From Eukaryota sp. GEM-RC1 (Eukaryota): 64,000 nucleotides of DNA. The position numbers and the translations under genes were made by a program. How positions within the stretch are numbered: the first letter of the stretch is position 1; every line of letters begins with the position of its first letter. The stretch spans positions 124,001-188,000 of the forward strand of contig JAUFOQ010000017.1 of NCBI GenBank assembly GCA_040285855.1, given 5' to 3'. Positions 13,529 through 27,200 of this stretch are shown here, piece by piece. The notes under the pieces are model-generated. The model saw only the letters and a program-made list of their open reading frames with translations, was not told where the DNA came from and did not search any database.

Positions 13529-16500
13529 ATGTCTAGACTCCCGTCATTGAAGAAAAATCGTTCGTTCCTACTTAGCAGCAATGAGTCCTGTCAGGATTAT
13601 CCTCCTTCAAGAGTCTGCTCACCCTCACCTCAACTGATTCTGTCTTCTCTTTCCGATTCCCTATCCTGCATTGATGATCCTCCTCCTTCTAGTTCCTTCA
13701 TCTTCTTTCCTCAGTCATTGTGGGCACTCATCAACTCTCATCGGATCAGATGTCTTTTAAACTCTTCCCTTGATAACCAACGAAATGCCCTTCGTCTGCG
13801 TTTTTTCCAAGAAAACCTTCTCACCTTCTTTGTTAAAGCCTGCTCCTTGGGTTCACGGTTCTTTACAAGTGCTGTACTGGGAAGTAAACATTTCTTTGAA
13901 ACCAGCACGTTTCCAATTGTTTCAAGGGACTTCATCCCTCTTTCTTCTTTGGCTTCTTTTTTTAGAGCTGAAATACGATCTGTGTATTTGATCTATGATC
14001 GTCATTTTGACGCCAATCACATTCAACAGAGCAGACATTTGATTACTCGATTGGGACCCCTTGATTTGAATATGACCAGTGTAAACGTCATCAATCCATT
14101 ATCGCCCTATTTCTTACCAAATCTTCAAAGACTCCATTTCAACAATATTTATGATAATGTGTATACATTATTTTGTAAGTTTCTTGAAGATAATTCTAGT
14201 ATTAAAGAACTAGATGTATGCTTACGGGGATCTTTATCCAGCTCTAACCTTAAAGACGTGTTTTTAAACAATACCACGTTGAAAAAGGTGTCTTTGTCTA
14301 ATCGACATTCATCATTCATTCCTACAACTTCTTTTTTCAATTGTCTCTCTAAAAGTACTGGGATTGAAGCTCTTGACTTATCTAACATCGTTCACATCCA
14401 ATCTATAGTCCTTCTTCCTTTATTATCTTCTTCTACTCTTAAAAGTCTAGTGTTTCCTAGGCGTCTTCCACTGGATTCTACAATTCTTGAAGCTCTAAAA
14501 GATAATTCTACTATTCAAGAAGTTACTTTCCTTAATAACGTATTTAATTATGATCTTCTTGGAGCTATTTTAGATTGTAATAATTCGTTAAAAAAACTTG
14601 AGATTTCTATTCCCAATAGCAGGCACCCTTTTAATGATTCATTATCATCAATTTTTTAATCACTGGAGTCAAATACTTCTTTATTTGAGTTAATTGTTCA
14701 TAATTCAAATCACAATAATAACATGGATGTCCAATCAATTGAATTAATTTTACGGCACAATACTGGTCTGATTGTCTTAAATCTAGACCTTAATTTAAAT
14801 TCTCAAGTGTTTCGAAATCTTCTTGTTGGCGTTCAGTGTAATTCTCGACTAACGAAAGTCTGTGCTCGTTGCGGAAATTTGGATTTAGTTACGTTGATGA
14901 CACTATTTGAAATCTTAATGACAACTGATTATAAGCGATTGAATTGGAGCTTAGACATTTCTCTTAATGTTGAAAACCGGGTGTCTCGTGATTCTAAAAG
15001 AAATTCTCCTCATTTTCTTGATATCGACAAAGGTCTTTTTGTTATTCTCCCACCAATTCTCCTCGCATTACTACTGAAGAAGTTTCATCTCTGAAGTCTT
15101 TTTTGGATTCTTTTAATATCAAAGAGCTAACTCTTACAGGATGTCGTTTTTCATCAGCAGCAGTCACTAGTTTGTGTGATTTGATCAGGGTCAATAATAC
15201 TTTGACTTCTATTGACTTCAGAGGTTGTCTGTTATCTAAAACCGATTTTTGGTCCATAATGAATGCACTTGAACTTAATTCTTGTTTAAGAAACTTTATT
15301 CTCGAAAATAATTTCATTGGACTCTCTGAACTTGTTAAAATATTTAAATTAATTTCCACTCAATCAACAAAAACCCTTCGGAATATTATTATTCCTCCTC
15401 ATTTAATTAATGCTAAAACTGGTGTTTTTGTTATTCTCCCACCAATTCTCCTGAACATACTGCTGAACAAGTCTCATCTTTAAAGTGTTTTTTCCATTCT
15501 TTTAATATCCAAAAACTTACTCTTAAAGGATGTCGTTTTACTAGTGAAGCAATCACTGGTTTGTGTGAAATAATCACAGTCAATAATACTTTGACTTCTA
15601 TTGACTTCAGTTACTGTCGACAGTCTGTCAACCAGGACTTTTCCAACCTTATTACCGCACTTCAATTCAGTACCAGCTTAAGAAAAATCAATCTCAGTAA
15701 CACAAACGTTACGCTCAAAAATATTCTGACTATATTTGAACTGATATTAGCTGGGAAATTACCATTAAGTTTTATTATTGATCCTCATTCTGTCAATTTT
15801 GATGACGGTTATATTCTTTATAATCACGAGGTTGATTATTCTGATTTAGTCTCACTTTTAAAGGCTTTAAAATCAGAAGTTTCTATTAAACGTGTTGAGT
15901 GTCGTGGATTGAAATATCCAAATTTACAAGATCTTTTTGTTCTATTTGAAATTCTTTCCATTAACAACTCAGTGATTACTGTTGACATTTCTCCTCATTT
16001 AATTAATACTCAAACAGGTCTTTTTTGTTTTAGTCCCACCAATTCTCCCCAAATTACTACTGAGCAAGTCTCATCCTTAAGGTCCTTTTTGGAGTGTTTT
16101 AATATCAAAAAGCTTACTATTAAAGGATGTAGTTTTACCAGTGAAGCATCTGACTGTTTGTATGATTTAATCAGGGTCAATAATACTTTGACTTCTATTG
16201 ACTTTACTGGTCTTTCCATTATCAATTTTTCAAAAATAGTCAATGCTCTAGAACACAACTTTTCCTTGGAAAAGGCAAGTCTCCAACTTAATCTGCCTGC
16301 TTTGTTGACCATCTTTAAACTGGTTTCCACTGCCAAATTGAGACCAATCGTTCAAATTGATCCCCATTTGATTGATTTTGAAAATGGATTGATTGTATAT
16401 GAAAATGAGGTTACAAACACAGATTTGTTGGTATTCTTTCAGTTATTTAAAAATACTGAAATTAAACGTGTTGAGTGTTTCCTACTGGGAAATCTTTCAC

Positions 16501-17028
16501 TCAAGGGACGAATTGCTTTGTGGAATATACTTGCCTCATCCAAATCAGTGATTGCTATTGATATTTCCCCCCACTTTATAGCCATTGATAATGGAATTTT
16601 TTGCCTTTCTCCTAGAAGTTCCACTCAAATGTCTACCAGTGAAGTTTCTTTATTACAGTCGTTTTTCAAAAGTTTCTCAAAGAAGGAGCTTGATGTTCAA
16701 TGGTGTGACTTTTCAGACAAGGCAATCATCAATCTGCACGACTTCCTTAGAAAGAAGGGATCATTGACTTCTGTTGACTTCAGTAATTGTGAGCTTTCTG
16801 ACAGTAATTTATGGAGGATTCTTGATTCACTTGAGTTGAACTCTAGTTCAATACTTTCCAAAGTCAATTTTGAACATAATTCTATTACAGGTAAGGGTGC
16901 ATTGACAATTGAAGCAGCTTTACAATTGAATGAAAACGTTATTGAGATCAATCTCGAGAATAACTCGATTGACTCCTGAAACAAAAAAGCTCATTGAGAG
17001 AAACTCTAACAATCGTATCACGTGTTGA
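13529..17028 (+). CDS. RNI-like leucine-rich-repeat protein with larger internal repeats (frameshifted in this sequence)
   Basis: ORFs 13529-14659, 14723-15094, 15103-15483 and 15561-16979 join at T-runs; recurring NNTLTSIDF, NIKELTL.GC.F, L..NSSL..L and DISPH.I...G.FCFSP motifs; probable true end ..ETKKLIERNSNNRITC* at 17028. Confidence 0.75.
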
Positions 17029-18236
17029 TTGACTTTGGTAGACTAATTCTGGAGTTGCTTTTAATGTTCCATCGTTGTAGATTATTTTTCAGAGTTTCAA
17101 TTAAACAATGCATTACAAGCAAAGTTCTTTTCGCTAAATTAAATGTTTACGATTACAAAAAGATTAATAGAACGATCTATTTATAGAAGTGGACAACTAC
17201 GCTTTCTATATGAGAAACTGTTCATACATAAACATCAGGATATTAAGTTGTATCTGGAAATGTGTCTAGTTTTACTGACGACTTCTTGGAGTCTTAGTTG
17301 AGCGACGATTCTTCTATTTTCTCTTCATGAACTGTTTTTGTCCAAATCATGGAATCTTGAAGTAGTAGAGTACTCAAATTACTTTTCTTTACTTTAAGAT
17401 TTTATCAGTACTTTAAGAACATTGTTACTCCGGCATCCACGTGTTCCTATCTACAGTATAAATTAACGACCTTTATGAAGAAATTTCCCAAAAAAGTACA
17501 AAGCTAAACCTCTATATATAGTATCAAGATCATCATTCTTACTACTAAGCCAATGTCTGCTTCATCAAAGAACATGTTTTCAAGTATCAATAGTATCTAA
17601 ACTGTCCAGTCTAGAACTAACAATCGGTTCTTCCTCGAAAAATGCAGTGTTTGCTATTGTTCACGTGTCGACACGATTTACAGTTCATAATGAACAACAC
17701 TGTATGTTTTTGAGATCTGGGTTACTAGTTCCCAAGAAAACACGTCAACACACGTCCCGGTTCCTCCCCTGTTCTATTACCAATCACTAGTGTCCTTGTT
17801 AAATTGAAAATTTAACATGCTAACCAGCCCGTTTTTTAAAAAAACACAACCAAACTACTGAGTAGACAGAATAAGTTCAACAGATGATGAACAACTACCC
17901 GAGGATTTTTTTCAGAAAAAAGAAAAAGGTGTTTTTTAAAAGAGAAGTGAACCTGCAGTGGAGAAACCAAGATTTAACTCAAGGTTCTTGACTAATCAAG
18001 ACCAACTACTGATTGTATTTAGTAAATGCATGTTTCATCCAAAACAATCACGAAGGATATATCACGTGATTCAATGTATAGTACAATTTTAAAATAACAT
18101 CAGAATATAAGAACAGTGGAAATAGTGCAACGAGTTCAATTGAATCCTTTGTTGAATGACTGAATATAATCTCAAATAAGGTTCTAAATTAACACAGTGA
18201 CAAAAAATCCGTACAAAACTGCTTACACAGCTCCAC

Positions 18237-21200
18237 TTAAAGACTTGTCAAACCATCATTAAAATTGCTCTGTGATAAATTGACCAAAGTCTGTAGTGCT
18301 TGTAACTCACCCATTAAATTAGAAATTTGATTTCTCAAAGTGGCATTGGTGGCGTACGAATCAGACAACTTTCGAGTAACGACATCAAAATTTTGACGTA
18401 ACAGAGTTGTTTCAGAATCTGAAAAATATTTACTAGATGAAATTAAATTAGAGGTAGAATGTAAAACAGATGCCGAGAGTTTCTGTTCCAGATCAAAACT
18501 TAAAGTTTTGTAGAATTCAAAAGCCGATTTAACTTCAAATAATTCTGTGCTTGTCCTGGACAAATTTTGTGAAATAATGTTTGAATATTTTAAAATGAGA
18601 ACAGGAAGACTGGACTTTAGCTGGTCATATTCCACAGTAAGATCATTAAATGACCTTCTAAAATGCTCCAATTCCCAAGAAGTCATTAAATTTTGTTCAC
18701 TTAATTTAAATATCAATTTTCTTTGAGTGGCACGTTTCTTCTTCAAGTTTACGCACTGTTCTTCAAGTGATTTATACTGGATCGAATCAACAGTAAGCAG
18801 ACGGTGTTCATCACAAAAACTCTTTAATATCGATTGTAGATCCATAGAGAGAAACTCATTTTCAACTTTGATTAATCTAACAAACTCTAATTGAAGGGTG
18901 GAAAACAACGGAGCAAGAGCGGTAAGGTCTGTTGAAAGATCTTGATCTGAGAACAATGATTCGAAACAAGAATGTGACAGATCAGATTTGATTGAGGCCA
19001 TGACGTGTGAAACTTGGGCTTTTAATGACTCGAGATCACTAGAAGATTCGGAAAACTGAGCAGATAACGTTGAATTTTGACTCTCTAATTCAGTCAACTT
19101 ATCATTTGAAGAATTTAAATTTGTAGTTAAATTTAAAATTTCGGAATTTAAGTGGTCGAATTCAATTAACAAGGTTTGATTGTCCGTTGTTTGATTATCG
19201 ACTTCTTCTTTCAGCACCATATTTGCATTATGATATTCCTCCAAAGACGACTCATTTTCAAATAATTGAGATTCTAAATTATTGACGGACTTGATCAATG
19301 ATGTAATTTTGAATTGTAATTTAGTCTGAATTTCTTCTTTTCCATCGATATCTGACACAACTTTGATTTCAACTTTTGGTGATTTTCCTGTAAGTTAGTT
19401 AGATTAGTGGACAGTGAAGAAATTTCTTGTTGTAATTCCACCACTTGAGCCTTTGAATGAGATTCTGATAGTATTAGCTCATTAGTTTGATTTTCCAGAA
19501 GATCAATACAACTATTATTTTCAATAATTTTTTTACACAATTCTGCAACAACAAGAGTAAATTTAGCAGTACTACTGAAACTCGAGTCTGAAGGAACGTG
19601 TAAAATTGATTCGCATTCAATATTAATCAGATCAGATTTGATTGATGACAATGAGGTATTGATTTCAGTCGTTAAACTATTAAAGGAGGCAGACATCTCA
19701 GAGTTTTTGCTCTCCAACTCAGATTTTTGATCTTTTAACTCTAAATTATTCTGTTCAAGCACTGAGATTAACTTATTTAAAGTTTCAATATTATCATTTA
19801 AACCAAAGTTTTGTTCTACTTTGTGAGAACATTCCTCGGTTAATAATTGAATTTTGGACTCTAATTGACTTATAGTAGATTTCAAGTCAAGATTAGTGGC
19901 AATTTGGTTTCCAAGATCAGTCTCTTTGTCATGTAATTGTTCTTTTAAAATATTTAGGTCATGAGTGAGAGTTGATTCTCTATTTTGGAAATTTAAAATT
20001 TGTTCATTGGACTGAGTGGTGAATTGATGCAATAACAGATCCAGTTCTGAAATCTTGGACGTAGATTCTACACTTTTTGACTCAAGTCGCTGATAATCTT
20101 GAACTAGATTGTCAAGCTTGTTAGTTACAGATAGCCGTTGCGCTTCCAAAGTCGAAATTTGATTAAGCAGTTTAGATTCGAGTAGTTGAGAATTGTTTAA
20201 TGAATCAGTTAACTTTGAGATTTGATCGTTCTTAAGATTCAACTCTTGATTAAGAGAAGTCTTGCTCAAAGATAAATGATGAATATTACAGTTAAGCTCA
20301 TCGATAAGGCCTTGATTGTTAGATAATTCTGAGTTTTTCCCAGAAATCTCTAATTTTAGAGCATCTATTTCCGAATGTAAAGAGGAAATTTGATCGTGCA
20401 ATTTAGTCTGAACTTCTTCCTTTTCTATAAGAGTCTGGTTCTGAATTGATTTTAATCTGTCAATTTCATCATTAGTAAGTGACAAACCACTGGAAATTCT
20501 AAAATTCTCTGTTTTCAATTGTTCTAGAGTGGCTTCTAATTCCACACAAGAAGTGGAAATATTTGAATATTTCTTATTCAGATCAAAATTACTATTTGAC
20601 AACATTACCAACTGATTCTTCAAATTAGAAACAACCAAACTTACATCAGAAAGCTCATTAACTTGGAAAGCAGAAAGTTCATTGCGAAGTAAATCCGAGG
20701 ACAAATCAGACAAATCATTTTTGATTGAAGACAGAACAACATCAAGATTGGACTGTAGAGAGTTCAGTTCTTCAGATTGTTGAGCACCTATTGATTTCAA
20801 ATTTAAATTTTCACTCTGTACTTCTGATAACCTTGAATTTAAATTATTAAATTGTTGATCTAAATTCAATAACTGGGAGTCCTTTTCAGTTAATTCTTCA
20901 GACAATTGGTGATTAGTAGTTGACAATTTGGAACAATTTTCTTGTAATTCAGAAATAAGAGTGTTGGCTTCAGATAAGTCAGTTTCTCTTTTTGTTAGAT
21001 TTAAACTCAATACATCATTATTTTCAATTAAAGAGGAAATTTGATCTTCCAATTTAGTCTGAACTTCTTCCTTTTCCATAAGAGTTTGCTTTTGAACTGA
21101 TTTTAATCTGTCAATTTCATCATTAGTAAGTGACAAATCACTGGAAATTCTAAAATTCTCTGTTTTCAATTGTTCTAGAGTGGCTTCTAATTCTACACAA

Positions 21201-24200
21201 GTAGTGGAAATATTTGAATATTTCTTATCCAGATCAGCATTACTATTTGACAACATTACCAACAGATTCTTCAAGTTAGAAACAACAACAGTTACATCAG
21301 AAAGCTCATTAACTTGGAAAGCAGAAAGTTCATTGCGAAGTAAATCCTGAGGACAAATCAGACAAATCATTTTTGATTGAAGATAAAACACAATCAAGAT
21401 TGGACTGTAGAGAGTTCAGTTCTTCAGATTGTTGAGCACCTATTGATTTCAAATTTAAATTGTCACTCTGCACTTCTGATAACGTTGAATTTAAATTATT
21501 AAATTGTTGATCTAAATTCAATAACTGGGAGTCCTTTTCAGTTAATTCTTCAGACAATTGGTGATTAGTAGTAGACAATTTGGAACAATTTTCTTGTAAT
21601 TCAGAAATAAGAGTCTTGGCTTCAGATAATTCAGTTTCTTCCTTTGTCAGTTTTAAATTCAATACATCATTACTTTGAATTAAAGAGGAAATTTGATCTT
21701 GCAATTTAGTCTGAACGTCTTCCTTTTCCATGAGAGTTTGGTTTTGATTTGATTTTAATCTGTCAATTTCATCATTAGTAAGTGACAAATCATTGGAAAT
21801 TCTAAAATTCTCTGTTTTCAATTGTTCTAGAGTGGCTTCTAATTCTACACAAGTAGTGGAAATATTTGAATATTTCTTATTCAGATCAGCATTACTATTT
21901 GACAACATTACCAACAGATTCTTCAAATTAGAAACAACCAAACTTACATCAGAAAGCTCATTAACTTGGAAATCAGAAAGTTCATTACGAAGTAAATCCG
22001 AGGACAAAGCAGACAAATCATTTTTGATTGAAGACAAAACACCATCAAGATTGGACTGTAGAGAGTTCAGTTTTTCAGATTGTTGAGCACCTATTGATTT
22101 CAGATTTAAACTTTCACTCTGTACTTCCGATAACGTTGAATTTAAATTATTAAATTGTTGATCTAAATTCAATAACTGGGAGTCCCTTTCAGTTAATTCT
22201 TCAGACAATTGGTGATTAGTGGTAGACAATTTGGAACAATTTTCTTGTAATTCAGAAATAAGAGTCTTGGCTTCAGATAATTCAGTTTCTTCCTTTGTCA
22301 GTTTTAAATTCAATACATCATTACTTTGAATTAAAGAGGAAATTTGATCTTGCAATTTAGTCTGAACTTCTTCCTTTCCATGAGAGTTTGGTTTTGATTT
22401 GATTTTAATCTGTCAATTTCATCATTAGTAAGTGACAAATCATTGGAAATTCTAAAATTCTCTGTTTTCAATTGTTCTAGAGTGGCTTCTAATTCTACAC
22501 AAGTAGTGGAAATATTTGAATATTTCTTATTCAGATCAGCATTACTATTTGACAACATTACCAACAGATTCTTCAAGTTAGAAACAACAACAGTTACATC
22601 AGAAAGCTCATTAACTTGGAAAGCAGAAAGTTCATTGCGAAGTAAATCCGAGGACAAATCAGACAAATCATTTTTGATTGAAGATAAAACACAATCAAGA
22701 TTGGACTGTAGAGAGTTCAGTTCTTCAGATTGTTGAGCACCTATTGATTTCAAATTTAAATTGTCACTCTGCACTTCTGATAACGTTGAATTTAAATTAT
22801 TAAATTGTTGATCTAAATTCAATAACTGGGAGTCCTTTTCAGTTAATTCTTCAGACAATTGGTGATTAGTAGTAGACAATTTGGAACAATTTTCTTGTAA
22901 TTCAGAAATAAGAGTTTTGGCTTCAGATAATTCAGTTTCTCCCTTTGTCAGTTTTAAATTCAATACATCATTACTTTGAATTAAAGAGGAAATTTGATCT
23001 TGTAATTTAGTCTGAACTTCTTCCTTTCCATGAGAGTTTGGTTTTGATTTGATTTTAATCTGTCAATTTCATCATTAGTAAGTGACAAATCATTGGAAAT
23101 TCTAAAATTCTCTGGTTTCAATTGTTCTAGAGTGGCTTCTAATTCTACACAAGTAGTGGAAATATTTGAATATTTCTTATTCAGATCAGCATTACTATTT
23201 GACAACATTACCAACAGATTCTTCAAATTAGAAACAACCAAACTTACATCAGAAAGCTCATTAACTTGGAAATCAGAAAGTTCATTACGAAGTAAATCCG
23301 AGGACAAATCAGACAAATCATTTTTGATTGAAGACAAAACACCATCAAGATTGGACTGTAGAGAGTTCAGTTTTTCAGATTGTTGAGCACCTATTGATTT
23401 CAAATTTAAATTTTCACTCTGGACTTCTGATAACGTTGAATTTAAATTATTAAATTGTTGATCTAAATTCAATAACTGTGAGTTCTTTTCAGTTAATTCT
23501 TCAGACAATTGATGATAAGTAGTTGACAATTTGGAACAATTTTCTTGTAATTCAGAAATAAGAGTTTTGGCTTCAGACAATTCAGTTTCTCTTTTTGCCA
23601 GTTTTAAATTCAAAACATCATTACTTTGAATTAAAGAGGAAATTTGATCTTGCAATTTAGTCTGAACTTCTTCTTTTCCATAAGAGTTTGGTTTTGAATT
23701 GATTTTAATCTGTTAATTTCATCATTGGTAAATGACAAAGCATTAGAAATTCTAAAATTCTCTGTTTTCAATTGTTCTAGAGTGGCTTCTAATTCTACAC
23801 AAGTAGTGGAAATATTTGAATATTTCTTATTCAGATCAGCATTACTATTTGACAACATTACCAACAGATTCTTCAAATTAGAAACAACCAAACTTACATC
23901 AGAAAGCTCATAAACTTGGAAATCAGAAAGTTCATTACGAAGTAAATCCGAGGACAAATCAGACAAATCATTTTTGATTGAAGACAAAACACCATCAAGA
24001 TTGGACTGTAGAGAGTTCAGTTTTTCAGATTGTTGAGCACCTATTGATTTCAAATTTAAATTTTCACTCTGGACTTCTGATAACGTTGAATTTAAATTAT
24101 TAAATTGTTGATCTAAATTCAATAACTGTGAGTTCTTTTCAGTTAATTCTTCAGACAATTGATGATAAGTAGTTGACAATTTGGAACAATTTTCTTGTAA

Positions 24201-27200
24201 TTCAGAAATAAGAGTTTTGGCTTCAGACAATTCAGTTTCTCTTTTGCCAGTTTTAAATTCAAAACATCATTACTTTGAATTAAAGAGGAAATTTGATCTT
24301 TTAATTTAGTCTGAACTTCTTCCTTTTCCATAAGAGTTTGGTTTTGAACTGATTTTAATCTGTCAATTTCATCATTAGTAAGTGACAAATCACTGGAAAT
24401 ACTAGAATTCTCTGTTTTCAATTGTTCTAGAGTCGCTTCTAATTCTACACAAGTAGTGGAAATATTTGAACATTTCGTATTCAGATCAACATTACTATTT
24501 AACAATATTACCAACAGATTCTTCAAATTAGAAACAACAACAGTTACATCAGAAAGCTCATTAACTTGGAAATCAGAAAGTTCATTACGAAGTAAATCCG
24601 AGGACAAATCAGACAAATCATTTTTGATTGAAGACAAAACACCATCAAGATTGGACTGTAGACAGTTCAGTTCTTCAGATTGTTGAGCACCTATTGATTT
24701 CAAGTTTAAATTTTCACTCTGTACTTCCGATAACGTTGAATTTAAATTATTAAATTGTTGATCTAAATTCAATAACTGGGAGTCCCTTTCAGTTAATTCT
24801 TCAGACAATTGATGATTAGTAGTTGACAATTTGGAACAATTTTCTTGTAATTCAGAAATAAGAGTCTTGGCTTCAGATAATTCAGTTTCTCTTTTTGTCA
24901 GATTTAAATTCAACACATCATTACCTTCAATTAAAGAGGAAATTTGATCTTGCAATTTAGTCTGAACTTCTTCCTTTCCATAAGAGTTTGGTTCTGAACT
25001 GATCTTAATCTGTCAACTTCATTATTAGTCAATGACAAATCACTGGAAATTCTAGAATTCTCTGTTTTCAATTGTAGTAAAGTGGCTTCTAATTCTACAC
25101 AAGTAGTGGAAATATTTGAATATTTCTTATTCAGATCAACATTACTATTGGACAACATTACCAACTGATTCTTCAAATTAGAAACAACAGAACTTACATC
25201 TGAAAGCTCATTAACTTGGAAATCAGAAAGTTCATTACGAAGTAAATTCGAGGACAATTCAAACAAATCATTTTTGATTGAAGGCAAAACATCATCAAGA
25301 TTGGACTGTAGAGAGTTCAGTTCTTCAGATTGTTGAGCCCCTATTAGATTTAAATTTTCACTCTGTAGTTCTGATAACGTTGAATTTAAATTATTAAATT
25401 GTTGATCTAAATTCAATAACTGGGAGTCCTTTTCAGTTAATTCTTCAGACAATTGGTGATTAGTAGTAGAAAATTTGGAACAATTTTCTTGTAATTCAGA
25501 AATAAGAGTCTTGGCTTCAGATAATTCAGTTTCTCTTTTGTCAGATTTAAATTCAACACATCATTATATTCAATTAAAGAGGAAATTTGATCTTGTAATT
25601 TAGTCTGAATTTCTTCCTTTTCCATAAGAGTTTGCTTTTGAATTGATTTTAATCTGTCAATTTCATCATTAGTAAGTGACAAATCACTGGAAATTCTAGA
25701 ATTCTCTGTTTTCAATTGTTCTAGAGTCGCTTCTAATTCCACACAAGTAGTGGAAATATTTGAATATTTCTCATCCAGATCAGCATTACTATTTGACAAC
25801 ATTACCAACAGATTCTTCAAATTAGAAACAACCAAACTTACATCAGAAAGCTCATTAACTTGGAAATCAGAAAGTTCATTGCGAAGTAAATCCGAGGACA
25901 AATCAAACAAATCATTTTTGATTGAAGAAAAGACATCATCAAGATTGGACTGTAGAGAGTTCAGTTCTTCAGATTGTTGAGCACCTATTAGATTTAAATT
26001 TTCACTCTGTAGTTCTGATAACGTTGAATTTAAATTATTAAATTGTTGATCTAAATTCAATAACTGGGAGTCCTTTTCAGTTAATTCTTCAGACAATTGG
26101 TGATTAGTAGTAGAAAATTTGGAACAATTTTCTTGTAATTCAGAAATAAGAGTCTTGGCTTCAGATAATTCAGTTTCTCTTTTGTCAGATTTAAATTCAA
26201 CACATCATTATATTCAATTAAAGAGGAAATTTGATCTTGTAATTTAGTCTGAATTTCTTCCCTTTCCATAAGAGTTTGCTTTTGAATTGATTTTAATCTG
26301 TCAATTTCATCATTAGTAAGTGACAAATCACTGGAAATTCTAGAATTCTCTGTTTTCAATTGTTCTAGAGTCGCTTCTAATTCCACACAAGTAGTGGAAA
26401 TATTTGAATATTTCTCACCCAGATCAGCATTACTATTTGACAACATTACCAACAGATTCTTCAAATTAGAAACAACCAAACTTACATCAGAAAGCTCATT
26501 AACTTGGAAATCAGAAAGTTCATTGCGAAGTAAATCCGAGGACAAATCAAACAAATCATTTTTGATTGAAGAAAAGACATCATCAAGATTGGACTGTAGA
26601 GAGTTCAGTTCTTCAGATTGTTGAGCACCTATTGATTTCAAGTTTAGATTTTCACTCTGTACTTCCGATAACGTTGAATTTAAATTATTAAATTGTTGAT
26701 CTAAATTCAATAACTGGGAGTCCCTTTCAGTTAATTCTTCAGACAATTGGTGATTAGTAGTTGACAATTTGGAACAATTTTCTTGTAATTCAGAAATAAG
26801 AGTATTGGCTTCAGATAATTCAGTTTCTCTTTTGTCAGACTTACATTCAACACATCATTACCTTCAATTAAAGAGGAAATTTGATCTTGCAATTTAGTCT
26901 GAGCTTCTTCCTTTTCCATAAGAGTTTGGTTCTGAACTGATCTTAATCTGTCAACTTCATTATTAGTCAATGACAAATCACTGGAAATTCTAGAATTCTC
27001 TGTTTTCAATTGTTGTAAAGTGGCTTCTAATTCTACACAAGTAGTGGAAATATTTGAATATTTCTTATCCAGATCAGCATTACTATTTGACAACATTACC
27101 AACAGATTCTTCAAATTAGAAACAACCAAACTTACATCAGAAAGCTCATTAACTTGGAATTCAGAAAGTTCATTTATGAAGTAAATCCGAGGACAAATCA

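Noticed and set aside
14640..15480. Stops splitting the LRR gene as evidence of pseudogenisation or an alternative genetic code
   Set aside because: Breaks coincide with T-homopolymers, as in conserved genes such as fbp; conserved genes end in ordinary TAA/TAG and show no in-frame stop readthrough.
17645..17702. CAGTGTT...AACACTG mini inverted repeat
   Set aside because: Only 7-bp arms and no target-site duplication.
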